DNA of 64,000 nucleotides from an uncultured Verrucomicrobiae bacterium (GTDB taxonomy: Bacteria; Verrucomicrobiota; Verrucomicrobiia; Chthoniobacterales; JAATET01): positions 96,001-160,000 of the forward strand of contig CAVRCI010000003.1 in NCBI GenBank assembly GCA_963719495.1, read 5' to 3'. The position numbers and the translations under genes are program-made. Below are positions 30,701 through 39,661 of this stretch, piece by piece (position 1 is the first letter of the stretch; each line of letters opens with the position of its first letter). The notes beneath the pieces are model-generated. The model had not been told where the DNA came from, made no database searches, and saw only the letters and a program-made list of their open reading frames with translations.

Positions 30701-32012
30701 CGACTTCCACCGCATCACGCTCGCCGACCCGGGCCGCTTCCGCGGTCGCTTCCTCCGCGAAAACGGCACCGGCACCCTCCTCATCGCTCCGGCCAGCTAC
30801 ACCCTCGTGGCCGAAACTCAGAACCAACGCAACGTCGCCCGAGCGCTCGACAGCACCATCCCCGCCACCAGCGGCGACCGCGAAGTCGTCAGCACCGCCC
30901 TCGACCGGCTCACCGCCGAACAGTTCCCATCCGCCTTCGACCAGATCGGACCCGCCTTTCACCAGAGCATCGCCAACATCTCGATCCAGCAATCCTTCAC
31001 GCAGACGCAGATGATCAATCAGCGCCTCAGCGCCGTCCGCCTCGGTGCGCGCGGCTTCCAACTCTCCGGCATCCCCGACGAACCCCTCACCTTCGACAAG
31101 AATGGCAAACAAATCGCCGACCCCAAAGATCTCAAGACCGTCCTCACCACCGACCCTACCGCCACCAATTGGACCGCCTGGGCCATGGGCAACGGCATCT
31201 TCGCCCGGCTCACCAGCGTCAGCCAGGTCCCGAATCACCGTTTCGACTCCGGCGGCTTCCTCGTCGGGGCCGACTACGACTGGACCCCGAACGACCCGAA
31301 CGGACTCACCACCGGCCTCTTCGGTGGTTATCAAGGCACTTACGCCGACTACGACGGCAACGGTTCCACCCGCATCGATTCCGCCCTCTTCGGCGGCTAC
31401 GCCAGCTACGTCCACGACGGGTTCACGACCGACGCCGTCGTCACCGGCGGCACCAACCAAGCGCTCGTCCGCCGCCCGATCCGGTTCTCGACCGTCGACC
31501 GCACCGCCCGCAGCCGCCAGGAGGGCGGTCAGGTCAGCGGCGCCCTCAACCTCGGCTACGACTGGAAAGCGGCCGGTTTCACCTTCGGCCCCATCGTCGG
31601 AGGCCAATACACCTACGTCGGCATCGCTCCCTTCACCGAGACCGGAGCCGACAGCCTCGACCTGCGAGTGGACGAGCAGCACGCCCACAGCCTCCGCACC
31701 ACCCTCGGCGGCCGCGTGGCCTACACGATCAATCTCACCGAGAGGATCGTCCTCATCCCCGAGATCCGCGTCCTCTGGCAGCACGAGTTCCTGAACAACA
31801 GCCGCCAAATCGGCGCGGCCCTCGACGCTGGCAGCGGCCCGTCCTTCGACACCGCCACCGCCGAACCGGGCCGCGACAGCGTCTTCGCGGGAGCCGGCGT
31901 CAGCACCCAACTCGGCGACCGTTGGAACGCCAGCGTCTATTACAACGCCGATTTCGGCCGTCAGGACCTCACCAGCCACAGCGTCAGCGCCACCCTCGGC
32001 TGGAGATTCTGA
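27711..32012 (+). CDS. Autotransporter with passenger-associated beta-strand repeats
   Basis: Signal peptide, LVKQGTGTLALTATNTYTGDT-type repeats, VG..GSGTLEV repeats, VAPGNSPGTL, C-terminal barrel ending LGWRF. Confidence 0.95.
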   Translation: MRTPSTLILISILTLATSVAQQFWDGSNTTPNGTIDGGTGTWDAASTNWTNNSGNTNTSFDPTLVSTFAGTAGTATLADGFVANPRALDFQTPGYTVAAAGTGELTLTSDTPFITAPGTTTITAPITGGGTLVKQGTGTLALTATNTYTGDTVISTGTLSVPGSIDTPSGQIVVGFDPGDEATLDVASSGSVSGVVVGISGDAGSTGIARVSGGVLSSDGAIIIGSSGSGTLEVTDGGTVTNATGFVGFLEDSVGTVRVSSGTWTNSDTLTVGNLGTGSVIISGSGQVSNPGAILGFDSAATGSVSVTGGSWTSATNLFVGFEGSGTLEVSGTGTVTNGGAFLGLEPDSTGTAKVSGGTWTNLGGLAVGTEGSGRLDLTGGTISAAFVNLSQEDGSVGTFNVGTGGTPGILDAGAVRGGAGTATLNFNHNSASYAFTRDGTPTGQLIAITGTTAVLHTGPGTTILTGTHSFTGGLALDNGTVSVMRDDALGVAGGILTFDGGTLQNTAPFATGRATTLNPGGGTFQTTRDLLHAGPISGPGTLSKTGPGTLTLTGDNTYFGGTTVTNGTLSVSRDANLGARGTFTTLDGGTLQNTAAFNTSRFVVLGTRGGTLQTDANLRFNAPISGSGALIKTGDATLLLSRQSSYEGGTTLESGTIQAITSRALGRGGATLEGGTLDPVGTLNINSLDFRGGTVDTALGRNTDLLNVRGKLTLTDAGRFRLTATNGFQLDTEYLILTARNLARFNPLTDFLGNRLVDLAPTFRIAGRKLFVSFNPVGPPSGPILQNSAPVNTPTTADFTVTGPVRTGTTDESNTINSLRFSPGSSLTIFNNLTVTSGELNALGGDSLVTGGTVLAPNGFQKTGPGSLFATSTFDVNGPAAVEVGALFVNGRFNAPGGLTVQPSARLGGAGLIFGNVTNRGTVAPGNSPGTLSIDGDFTQTASGTLQIEVANPTTFDRLIVSGSAALDGTLQTINLGRRFEFGQQIPFLSADRITGDFHRITLADPGRFRGRFLRENGTGTLLIAPASYTLVAETQNQRNVARALDSTIPATSGDREVVSTALDRLTAEQFPSAFDQIGPAFHQSIANISIQQSFTQTQMINQRLSAVRLGARGFQLSGIPDEPLTFDKNGKQIADPKDLKTVLTTDPTATNWTAWAMGNGIFARLTSVSQVPNHRFDSGGFLVGADYDWTPNDPNGLTTGLFGGYQGTYADYDGNGSTRIDSALFGGYASYVHDGFTTDAVVTGGTNQALVRRPIRFSTVDRTARSRQEGGQVSGALNLGYDWKAAGFTFGPIVGGQYTYVGIAPFTETGADSLDLRVDEQHAHSLRTTLGGRVAYTINLTERIVLIPEIRVLWQHEFLNNSRQIGAALDAGSGPSFDTATAEPGRDSVFAGAGVSTQLGDRWNASVYYNADFGRQDLTSHSVSATLGWRF

Positions 32013-32029
32013 GCGCCCGCCGCGCGAAT

Positions 32030-32077
32030 GGGGAGCGCGAGCATCCTGCTCGCCGCTCCGGGCTTCCAGCCCGGAGC
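32030..32077 (+). repeat. Two-hairpin REP-like element
   Basis: GGGGAGC-GCGAGC ATCCT GCTCGC-C-GCTCCGGGC TTCCA GCCCGGAGC. Confidence 0.75.
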
Positions 32078-32326
32078 CCGTCCAAAAAGGAGGAACCCCG
32101 TCAATCCCGTTAATCGGGAAAGTGAAATGGGACAGGATATCCAAGATTCACGGAATGATCAGGAACGCCTTACGAGAAAGACCGGGACCGGTCACCCTTT
32201 CCAAAAGCGAAGGTTTCGTCAGACAGGATTGAAATTCAATCCCTTCAATCCTGTAAACCCTGTCCATTCCCGGATTTAGGGTTAATCCTCTCAAATTGGC
32301 GAATTCCGCCGTAAACCAGCCATCCC

Positions 32327-33292
32327 ATGCGAATCCTCTCCGGCATCCAACCCTCCGGCAAAGCCCACCTCGGTCGTTACTTTGGCATGATGCAACCCGC
32401 CGTCGCCCTACAGGAACGCGGCGAGGCCCTCTACTTCATCGCCGACCTCCACGCCCTCACCACCGTCCGCGACCCCGCCGCCCTCCGCGCCCACACCCGC
32501 GACCTCGCCATCGACTTCCTGGCCTGCGGCCTCGACCCCGCCCGCGCCACCTTCTTCCGCCAATCCGACGTCCCCGCCGTCACGGAACTCGCCTGGATTC
32601 TCTCCACCCTTACCCCGATGGGCCTCCTCGAGCGCTGCCATTCCTACAAGGACAAAACCGCCCGCGGCCTCCCCGCCACCCACGGCCTCTTCGCCTACCC
32701 CGTCCTCATGGCCGCCGACATCCTCCTCTACGACAGCGACCTCGTGCCCGTCGGCAAGGACCAGAAACAACACCTCGAAGTCACCCGCGACATCGCCGTC
32801 AAACTCAACGAAGCCTACGGCCCCGGCACAGTGAAGCTCCCCGAACCCAGCATTCAGGAATCAACCGCCACCGTCCCCGGCCTCGACGGCGCCAAAATGT
32901 CCGCCAGCTACGGCAACACCATCGACATCTTCGAAGACGAGAAATCTCTGAAGAAAAAAATCATGGGCATTCCCACCGACTCCACCCCCGTCGAAGCCCC
33001 CAAACCCACCGAAAAGTCCACCATCCTCGACCTCCACCGCCTCGTCGCCCCCACAGCCGACCACGCCCAGATGCTCGCCGATTTCGCGTCCGGCGGCCAC
33101 GGCTACGGAGAATTTAAGAAACGCCTCCTGGCCGCCACCTGGGAAAAATTCGCCCCCGAGCGCCAACGCCGAGCCGAGCTGGTAGCCGACCCCACCTACG
33201 TCGACGGCGTCCTCACCGAAGGCGCCAGGAAAGCGAGTTCCATCGCGACCGAAGTCCTCAGTCGGGTAAAAACCGCCGTCGGCCTAGCCTAA
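32327..33292 (+). CDS. trpS: Tryptophan--tRNA ligase with atypical HLGR / KMSAS signatures
   Basis: LSGIQPSG, IADLHALT, YPVLMAADIL, VPVGKDQKQHLE. Confidence 0.96.
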   Translation: MRILSGIQPSGKAHLGRYFGMMQPAVALQERGEALYFIADLHALTTVRDPAALRAHTRDLAIDFLACGLDPARATFFRQSDVPAVTELAWILSTLTPMGLLERCHSYKDKTARGLPATHGLFAYPVLMAADILLYDSDLVPVGKDQKQHLEVTRDIAVKLNEAYGPGTVKLPEPSIQESTATVPGLDGAKMSASYGNTIDIFEDEKSLKKKIMGIPTDSTPVEAPKPTEKSTILDLHRLVAPTADHAQMLADFASGGHGYGEFKKRLLAATWEKFAPERQRRAELVADPTYVDGVLTEGARKASSIATEVLSRVKTAVGLA

Positions 33293-33477
33293 CGCCCACC
33301 CATCCCGGCTTTCCCGGCGATCGCGTGACTGATTCCACCCAAGCCAAGGGCGACAACCAGAAACCGACGGACGGATGGGGAAATCTATTTACCGGGAATA
33401 GCATGGCTAATTCCTGCGGAAGGAAAATCTGGTCGAGACCCAACCGGATTGGAGCCTTGCGCCGATCCTTTGTTCCA

Positions 33478-34008
33478 ATGAAGACAAAACTCATCCTAGC
33501 GACCACCGTCGTCACCGCGAGCCTCGCTCTCGCCTCCAACCTCCGCGCCGACTCCGACAGCGCTCCCGCGAAAGTCACCGAGATCGCGCAAGCTGCCGCT
33601 GACGAATCCGTCATCGAGAAGCTAACTCTCAACCCGCAGTATTCCATCCTCGTCGCCGCCCTCGAGCAGACCGGCCTCGACGCGATGTTCAAGGGCGACG
33701 AAGGCAACTACACCGTCTTTGCCCCCGACAACGCCGCGTTCCGCAAACTCCCCGAAGGCACGGTCGACGAGCTGATGAAAGACGAGAACAAAGACAAGCT
33801 GACGGAAATCCTCAAGATGCACGTCCTGCCCTCCCGCGTCGTAGCCGCCGAAATCTCGGATTCCCCGGTCGCCAACGCCGCTGGTAAGGAGCTCGTCTTC
33901 ACCACCAAAGGCGACGTGGTCATGGTTGACGGTGCCACCATCACCGTTGCCGACATGGAAGCCTCGAATGGTGTGATCCACAACATCGACACCGTCCTCA
34001 TGCCGTAA
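33478..34008 (+). CDS. Fasciclin (FAS1) domain secreted protein
   Basis: YTVFAPDNAAF, ILKMHV, ASNGVIHNIDTVLMP; signal peptide. Confidence 0.93.
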   Translation: MKTKLILATTVVTASLALASNLRADSDSAPAKVTEIAQAAADESVIEKLTLNPQYSILVAALEQTGLDAMFKGDEGNYTVFAPDNAAFRKLPEGTVDELMKDENKDKLTEILKMHVLPSRVVAAEISDSPVANAAGKELVFTTKGDVVMVDGATITVADMEASNGVIHNIDTVLMP

Positions 34009-34036
34009 GTCACTCGGAAAACAACTCAAACTCCCG

Positions 34037-34072
34037 AGCGGGCGCGACGAAAGTTGCGCCCGCTTTGCGTTT
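34037..34072 (+). terminator. Rho-independent terminator
   Basis: AGCGGGCGCGAC-GAAA-GTTGCGCCCGCT followed by a T-rich tail. Confidence 0.75.
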
Positions 34073-34109
34073 GGCTTGGTCGCGTGACCGATACTCAGTA
34101 TGGTGCGGG

Positions 34110-35771
34110 ATGAAGAACGCCATTCGCCTCAGCGTGGGAGCCGCCCTCGGGTTGTTGATCGTCGCCACGGCGGCCTTTTTTAGCGGCCCCGCCGAAACCA
34201 TTCGGTCGAGTCCTGCGGTCAGCCAGACACTCGTCCCGGTCACACCGCTGCCGAAAAACGACGCTCAACCCGTCAATCCCACCGCGGCCCGCCGCCCGAT
34301 CGTGGCCGTGCAGCCCCCCGTCATTGCCGCGAACGTTCCCCTCCATCGCTCGGCGTCGCGGGCTCAAATCTTTGGAGAAAAACCACTTACCGATCTCATT
34401 CCCGGAGATCGCGTCACGCTCCACCTTTCGCCGACCGCCGATCTCCCGATTGTCATCACATCGGCCGCACCCGTCGATCCGTCCGGCGAGGGCGGTTCGT
34501 TCGCGGCCCGCATTCCCGGCGTCCCGTTCGGTCGGGTCGCCATCAGCACCTTCGGCGACGCCGTTTACGCCTCGATCAATGGAGCCGAGCTCGGCGATTT
34601 CGAAATTCGCCGCAGTCCCGGATCGGATCGTTTGGAAGTCCGACGACTGACCGCCGCCGACGATCTCGGCTGCGCCAACGACCATCAGCTCACCGACACC
34701 GACACCGACACCGACGCCATTTCTTCTTCCACAGACGAAAACGTCTTTACCAAAGCGATCACCGGCGGCGCGACCATCGACGTCGCGGTCTTCTTCAACG
34801 ACCAATCCCGCGTCGTCCTCGGCGGAGCCCCGGGCAACCCCGCCGACGACGCCGACGTCCGCGCCAAGATCGCCACCGCGATCACGGACGCCAATTCCGC
34901 GCTGGCCGACTCGAACGTCCCCACCACCCTTCGCGCCGTCTACGTCGCTCCGATCAGCTACGTTTATCCGCCCGGCGAGGACCTCGACCGCGCCCTCAAC
35001 GAGCTCCGTTCCACCACCGACGGCGCCATCGATCAGGTCCACGCCCTCCGCGATGCCTCCAAGGCCGACATCGTCTCGTTGTGGATCGAGAACAGCGTCG
35101 GCGGAGGCAAGGCGAACCTCAACCTCCCATCCAACATCGGCTTCAAAAATGCCTTCAACGTCATCCGCGCCCAAAATCCAACTTCGACCTTCGTCCACGA
35201 GATCGGCCACAACCACGGCTGCCGCCACCTGCGCTCCGGCTATCCATCCACCCCATCGTCATGGGCACCGGATTCATTCGCCCACTTTTTCACCACGGGC
35301 GGAGGCGGCCGATTCGCCACCGTGGTCGCCTCGACCTCGGACGCCTCGAACAACACAGCCACCCGCATCCTGCGCATCTCCGCTCCCGAACTCGCCTACC
35401 TCGGCTCGCCCACCGGCGTCACGGGCAGCACCAACAACGCCGCAGCCTTCCGGGCGAGCGGCCCGTTGCTGGCCAACTTCCGCGGAGGTCCCGACACCAC
35501 CCCACCCGTCATCGGCCTCAAATCGAAACCCCGCATCAAGACCCGCCGCTCCCGCCTCACCCTCCGCGGCACCGCCACCGACGACGTCGCCATCGGTCGC
35601 GTCATCTACAAAGCCACCGGCAAACGTGGCCTCAGCACCGCCAAGGGACTCCGTCTATGGAGGCTCAAAGTCCGACTCAAAAAGCGCCGCACAATCGTCA
35701 AAGTTTTCGCCATCGACACCACCAACAACCGCTCCACCCCGCAAAAGGTCAAAATCATCAAAACCCGTTAG
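34110..35771 (+). CDS. Secreted zinc metalloprotease (reprolysin/M12-like) with a basic C-terminal domain
   Basis: HEIGHNHGCRH zinc motif, LRDASKADIVSL, prodomain Cys (LGC), N-terminal signal/anchor. Confidence 0.85.
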   Translation: MKNAIRLSVGAALGLLIVATAAFFSGPAETIRSSPAVSQTLVPVTPLPKNDAQPVNPTAARRPIVAVQPPVIAANVPLHRSASRAQIFGEKPLTDLIPGDRVTLHLSPTADLPIVITSAAPVDPSGEGGSFAARIPGVPFGRVAISTFGDAVYASINGAELGDFEIRRSPGSDRLEVRRLTAADDLGCANDHQLTDTDTDTDAISSSTDENVFTKAITGGATIDVAVFFNDQSRVVLGGAPGNPADDADVRAKIATAITDANSALADSNVPTTLRAVYVAPISYVYPPGEDLDRALNELRSTTDGAIDQVHALRDASKADIVSLWIENSVGGGKANLNLPSNIGFKNAFNVIRAQNPTSTFVHEIGHNHGCRHLRSGYPSTPSSWAPDSFAHFFTTGGGGRFATVVASTSDASNNTATRILRISAPELAYLGSPTGVTGSTNNAAAFRASGPLLANFRGGPDTTPPVIGLKSKPRIKTRRSRLTLRGTATDDVAIGRVIYKATGKRGLSTAKGLRLWRLKVRLKKRRTIVKVFAIDTTNNRSTPQKVKIIKTR

Positions 35772-35843
35772 CGACCCGCTCAAGGAGCGGCGATTTGCAA
35801 TCGCCGAACCAACCCAACCCGGCACCAGCCGGACACTCCCCCC

Positions 35844-35878
35844 CATTCACCAGTCACCAGTCACCAGTCACCAGTCAC
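35844..35878 (+). repeat. Heptamer tandem repeat CATTCAC(CAGTCAC)4
   Basis: Direct reading; the last unit overlaps the GTPase stop codon. Confidence 0.9.
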
Positions 35879-37335
35879 GCACTAACCCGCTTCACCGCCG
35901 CAATCTCCTCCAACCGCTCGCTTAGAATTTCCCGCAGCCGTCGGCTCTCCCCCAGCCCCGCTCGGCCCTTCCGGATCAACGCGAAGATCCGCTCACATTC
36001 CTTCCGCCGATCCTCCGGCCACTCCGCCGTCAGCAGCCCTCGCCCCCGCAGCGCCGCCAACTGTTCATCCAGTCCGAAGCTCAACTCATCCCGCCGCGCG
36101 TGCGACCGCCGGGCTGAATAAAAAAACACCGCCAGCGCTCGATCCAACAGAATCCAAGGAAAGTTCAACGCCTTCAGCGGCCCGACCCGCAGATCCCGTC
36201 CCGCGAATTTCTGCCGCCCAAAGACCCGTCCCATCCGCCCCGGCAGATCCACTTCGATCTGCGGCTTCCGCTTCCCCGCCACCCACGCGCTGCCGCCCCC
36301 CAGCGCCCCGCCGATCAAGGCTGCCGCCCCCAGCGTGTGACCCGCCAGCGCCGCGTCGACCACCAGTCCCGCGATCCCACCGGCAACCGTCGCCGACACT
36401 ACCAGCTGCTTCTCGTCCAACCCCCCGAAACGCCACACGTCCTCGCTGAACAAATCCACGTCGCGCAGCGCTCCCCCCGATTCCCCCGGCGACAGCTCAT
36501 GGTGCTTGAACGTCTCGATGATCCGCCGATGAGCCCGATCCTCGATCTCGCGTAGAGACGCTTCGAACTTCTCCACCAAATCCGAAGACCGTCGCCGCTC
36601 CGCCCCACCACCCAGGCCCACCGCCACCGTCTCGCGGTGCTGCAATGCACCCAGCAGCAACTCCGTCATTTCCTCCGCGCAATCGTCCCGGCGCCCGGCC
36701 CAATCCCGCTCGTAAGTCTCGACCGCCCGCTCCAGCGCCCCGCGCCACTTCTCGTCGATCCCCATCAGCGCCTTGAGCAGCTCCATCCGGTCGAAGTAAT
36801 CCGCCTCGTGCGAGTCGAATCTCCGCACCAGATTGAAATGCTGACCCAACCGCGCCTCCCACACCTCCGAGTGCACCGGGCTCGCCGTCGTGTTGATCAG
36901 ACCCATTCGCGGCCGCGCGCTCATCAGCAGAATTTTCATCTCCGCGTCGTTGATCTCCCGAAAAGGCTGCGACGAATCCACCACGTAAAGCACCCCCGCC
37001 CCATCCACCAAAGGACGGAACAATTTGCACTCCTCCGAGAAAGCCGGGTCGTCCCCGTGCAATTCCAAAAAGCTCCGAAACGCATCCAACGGATCCCCCA
37101 CCGGATCCTCCAACTCCCGCAACCGAGCCAGCGCCGACTTCGCATTCTGAAACCCCGGCGTGTCCCAGAATCCCACGATCGGAGACCCCTCGAGTTCGAC
37201 GACGAACGACTGACAATCCGTCGTCTCCCCCGGCGTGTTCGTCACCCGCAGCCGATCGTCCTCGATGAGAGCAGCGATCGTCGAAGTCTTCCCCGTATTC
37301 ACCGCCCCAACGCACGCAAAAAAGGGAACACTCAT
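35875..37335 (-). CDS. GTPase with DUF3482-like C-terminal region
   Basis: GAVNTGKTS (G1), PGETT, DTPGF (G3), LYVVD; Gly-rich hydrophobic hairpin near the C-terminus. Confidence 0.8.
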   Translation of the reverse strand: MSVPFFACVGAVNTGKTSTIAALIEDDRLRVTNTPGETTDCQSFVVELEGSPIVGFWDTPGFQNAKSALARLRELEDPVGDPLDAFRSFLELHGDDPAFSEECKLFRPLVDGAGVLYVVDSSQPFREINDAEMKILLMSARPRMGLINTTASPVHSEVWEARLGQHFNLVRRFDSHEADYFDRMELLKALMGIDEKWRGALERAVETYERDWAGRRDDCAEEMTELLLGALQHRETVAVGLGGGAERRRSSDLVEKFEASLREIEDRAHRRIIETFKHHELSPGESGGALRDVDLFSEDVWRFGGLDEKQLVVSATVAGGIAGLVVDAALAGHTLGAAALIGGALGGGSAWVAGKRKPQIEVDLPGRMGRVFGRQKFAGRDLRVGPLKALNFPWILLDRALAVFFYSARRSHARRDELSFGLDEQLAALRGRGLLTAEWPEDRRKECERIFALIRKGRAGLGESRRLREILSERLEEIAAVKRVSA

Positions 37336-37392
37336 AATGACCCATGGTCCCAGTCGAAGGTGAAAAGTCCAAAGTCCAAAGTCATGCCACGC

Positions 37393-37440
37393 GGGGAGCG
37401 CGCGCGTCCCCGCGTGCGAGCGGCGGCGTCCCGCCGCCGC
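37393..37440 (+). repeat. Two-hairpin REP-like element
   Basis: GGGGAGC-GCGCGCG TCCC CGCGTGC-GA-GCGGCGGCG TCC CGCCGCCGC. Confidence 0.75.
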
Positions 37441-37492
37441 GCCCGGCAAATCGAGCGCAGCGAGAGAGCCGAAATTAAAACACCGCACACTC

Positions 37493-38941
37493 TCACGCCC
37501 GTTCCACCCGCATAAAAGCGTCCCCCAAACCCGCCACCGCATCCGCCCAAGCCTCCGCGTAATCGAAAGCCGCCCCCTCCTCCGCGACCACAACCACCAT
37601 CACCTCCGCCCGCTCCGCCACCGAATCCCGCAGCTTCCGCAGGAATTCCAGCATCGCCTTCACCGGAGGCCGCCCCCCCTCCACCAGCACCGCCACGGCG
37701 CCACTCTCCCCATTCAACCGCCCAAATTCCGCCGCATTCGCCTCCGCGCAGTCGATCTCCACCTCACGTCGCTCCGATTCCCCCCAACCCAACCGAGCCA
37801 CCGCCGCGTCCCGGGCCTCCGCCACCATCTCCCGAGCCACCAGCACCACGTCCACCGCTCCCAGCCCCGTCTCGGCCGACTCCAACCGCCCCGCCACCGC
37901 CTCTTTCGCCGGCCCGGCCTCGCCCGCCACCACGACCGGCTCCATCCGCCGCAACACCCGTGCACACTCCGCGTGCCGAAATTCGATCCCACCCAAAGTC
38001 CGCCGCTCGAAGACAACCGACGCCGTCAGTAAAATCACCCGCGGCAGCAGCCCGTAAAACGCCACCGCGTAAACCAGAAACGGCCACCACGAAACCACGG
38101 CATCCGGCACGTTCTCGACGTTCCCCAAAACGGCAATGCGGCTCCCCGCAATCTCCACCAATGTCGGATGCGCGCTGGCCAGCCACGACCACGGCCACGA
38201 GATCACACTCACGATCTTCAGCATCGTTTCCGGCGACCATTGAAGCGCAGTCTCCTCCCAGCCGAACGCGCGGTTCGATGCCCCCACCGACCAAAGCGTC
38301 GCCGCCAAAATCCCCACGTTCACCGCCACCGCGAACGTCTGCGTCAGCGTCACCACCGGCCAGATCATCACGTCCCCGTAGACCGCCCGCTTCGCCCGCA
38401 CCGCCCCCAGCACCGCCGCAAATTTCATCCGCCCCGTCCCGTCCAGCCCCCCCCAGGCCGCCGCCTTCGCCCGTCCCACCGCCGCCAACCCTCGTCCCAA
38501 CGCCCACCCGATCACCCCGCCAACCGGTCGCCGCCGAAACAAGATCACCCCGGCCAAAACCAACAGCACGATCAATTGCCACAACACCGTCACCGAAAAA
38601 AACGCCGTCACGCTGATCAGGCGATCCCCCGCGAAAACCAACTGCGACCCCGCCAACCCGGCCCCGATGGCCAAACCAGCCAGGATCAACCCCCAGCCCA
38701 TCGCCCCCATCGTCGACGCGTAAACGTCCCCGGCCGAGAATTCCTTCCCGTCCATCCGCCGCCGCGCCCCCAGCCAAAGCCGCATCTTCCCCGCAGCGTC
38801 GTGCGCGCCTCCCCGCACGTCCTCGCGAAAAATCGCCCGATCCCGCGCCGCCAGTTCCCCATCATCCCGACCCGCGTCCGCCTCCAGTGCGGCCTCCAGA
38901 TCCAGCACGTCGCGGATTCTCCATCGGGGTCGTCGAGCCAT
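37493..38941 (-). CDS. DUF2868-like membrane protein
   Basis: Multiple TMs, AFGWEETAL, SWPW, WWPFLVYAVAFYGLLPR; adjacent to the DUF3482-like GTPase. Confidence 0.75.
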   Translation of the reverse strand: MARRPRWRIRDVLDLEAALEADAGRDDGELAARDRAIFREDVRGGAHDAAGKMRLWLGARRRMDGKEFSAGDVYASTMGAMGWGLILAGLAIGAGLAGSQLVFAGDRLISVTAFFSVTVLWQLIVLLVLAGVILFRRRPVGGVIGWALGRGLAAVGRAKAAAWGGLDGTGRMKFAAVLGAVRAKRAVYGDVMIWPVVTLTQTFAVAVNVGILAATLWSVGASNRAFGWEETALQWSPETMLKIVSVISWPWSWLASAHPTLVEIAGSRIAVLGNVENVPDAVVSWWPFLVYAVAFYGLLPRVILLTASVVFERRTLGGIEFRHAECARVLRRMEPVVVAGEAGPAKEAVAGRLESAETGLGAVDVVLVAREMVAEARDAAVARLGWGESERREVEIDCAEANAAEFGRLNGESGAVAVLVEGGRPPVKAMLEFLRKLRDSVAERAEVMVVVVAEEGAAFDYAEAWADAVAGLGDAFMRVERA

Positions 38942-39117
38942 TCGCAAGACACTATCGCGAATCGCCCGCCCCATTGTCCACTCCCGGGAAGCAACGCAAC
39001 CGACCCGCGCATGCCAGCATTCCACCATTCACAATTCACCCTTCACCAGTCACCATCCCAAAAAAGCCCCCACCCCATTTCTCATTTCTCATTCCGCATT
39101 TCCAATTGCACCAAGCC

Positions 39118-39660
39118 ATGCTCGACGACATCCAAAAAGTCCTCTTCCACGAGTCCACCATCCTCAGCCGCCTCGACGAGATCGCCCACCAGATCACCCT
39201 CGATTACCGCGACAAAGACCTCACCGTCATCGCGATCCTCAACGGCAGTTTCATCTTCATGGCCGACCTCCTGCGCCGCGTCCCCCTCGCCCTCCAGGTC
39301 GATTGTCTCAGCGTCTCCAGCTACCACGGCACCACCACCACCGGTAAGGTCAACTTCAAGCAGACGGAGCTCCCCGACCTCACCGACCGCCACGTCCTCC
39401 TCCTCGACGACATCCTCGACTCCGGCCACACCCTCCACGCCATCCGTGCCCGCCTCTCCGAAAAAGGCGGTGCCCTCAGCATTCGCACCTGCGTCCTCCT
39501 GCGAAAAAACGTGGAGCGCGCCCGCGAAGTCGACGCCGATTACGTCGGCTTCGACATCCCGAACGAATTCGTCGTCGGCTACGGCCTCGATTACAACGAG
39601 CAATACCGCAACCTCCCCTTCATCGGAGTCCTCACCCCCGCGGCCATCGCGGGCAAATGA
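39118..39660 (+). CDS. hpt: Hypoxanthine phosphoribosyltransferase
   Basis: ILNGSFIFMADL, SSYHG, LLLDDILDSGHTL, FVVGYGLDYNEQYRNLP. Confidence 0.97.
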   Translation: MLDDIQKVLFHESTILSRLDEIAHQITLDYRDKDLTVIAILNGSFIFMADLLRRVPLALQVDCLSVSSYHGTTTTGKVNFKQTELPDLTDRHVLLLDDILDSGHTLHAIRARLSEKGGALSIRTCVLLRKNVERAREVDADYVGFDIPNEFVVGYGLDYNEQYRNLPFIGVLTPAAIAGK

Positions 39661-39661
39661 C

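Noticed and set aside
33404..33417. Sigma54-like TGGC...TGC upstream of the fasciclin gene
   Set aside because: GG-to-GC spacing is 9 nt, not the required 10
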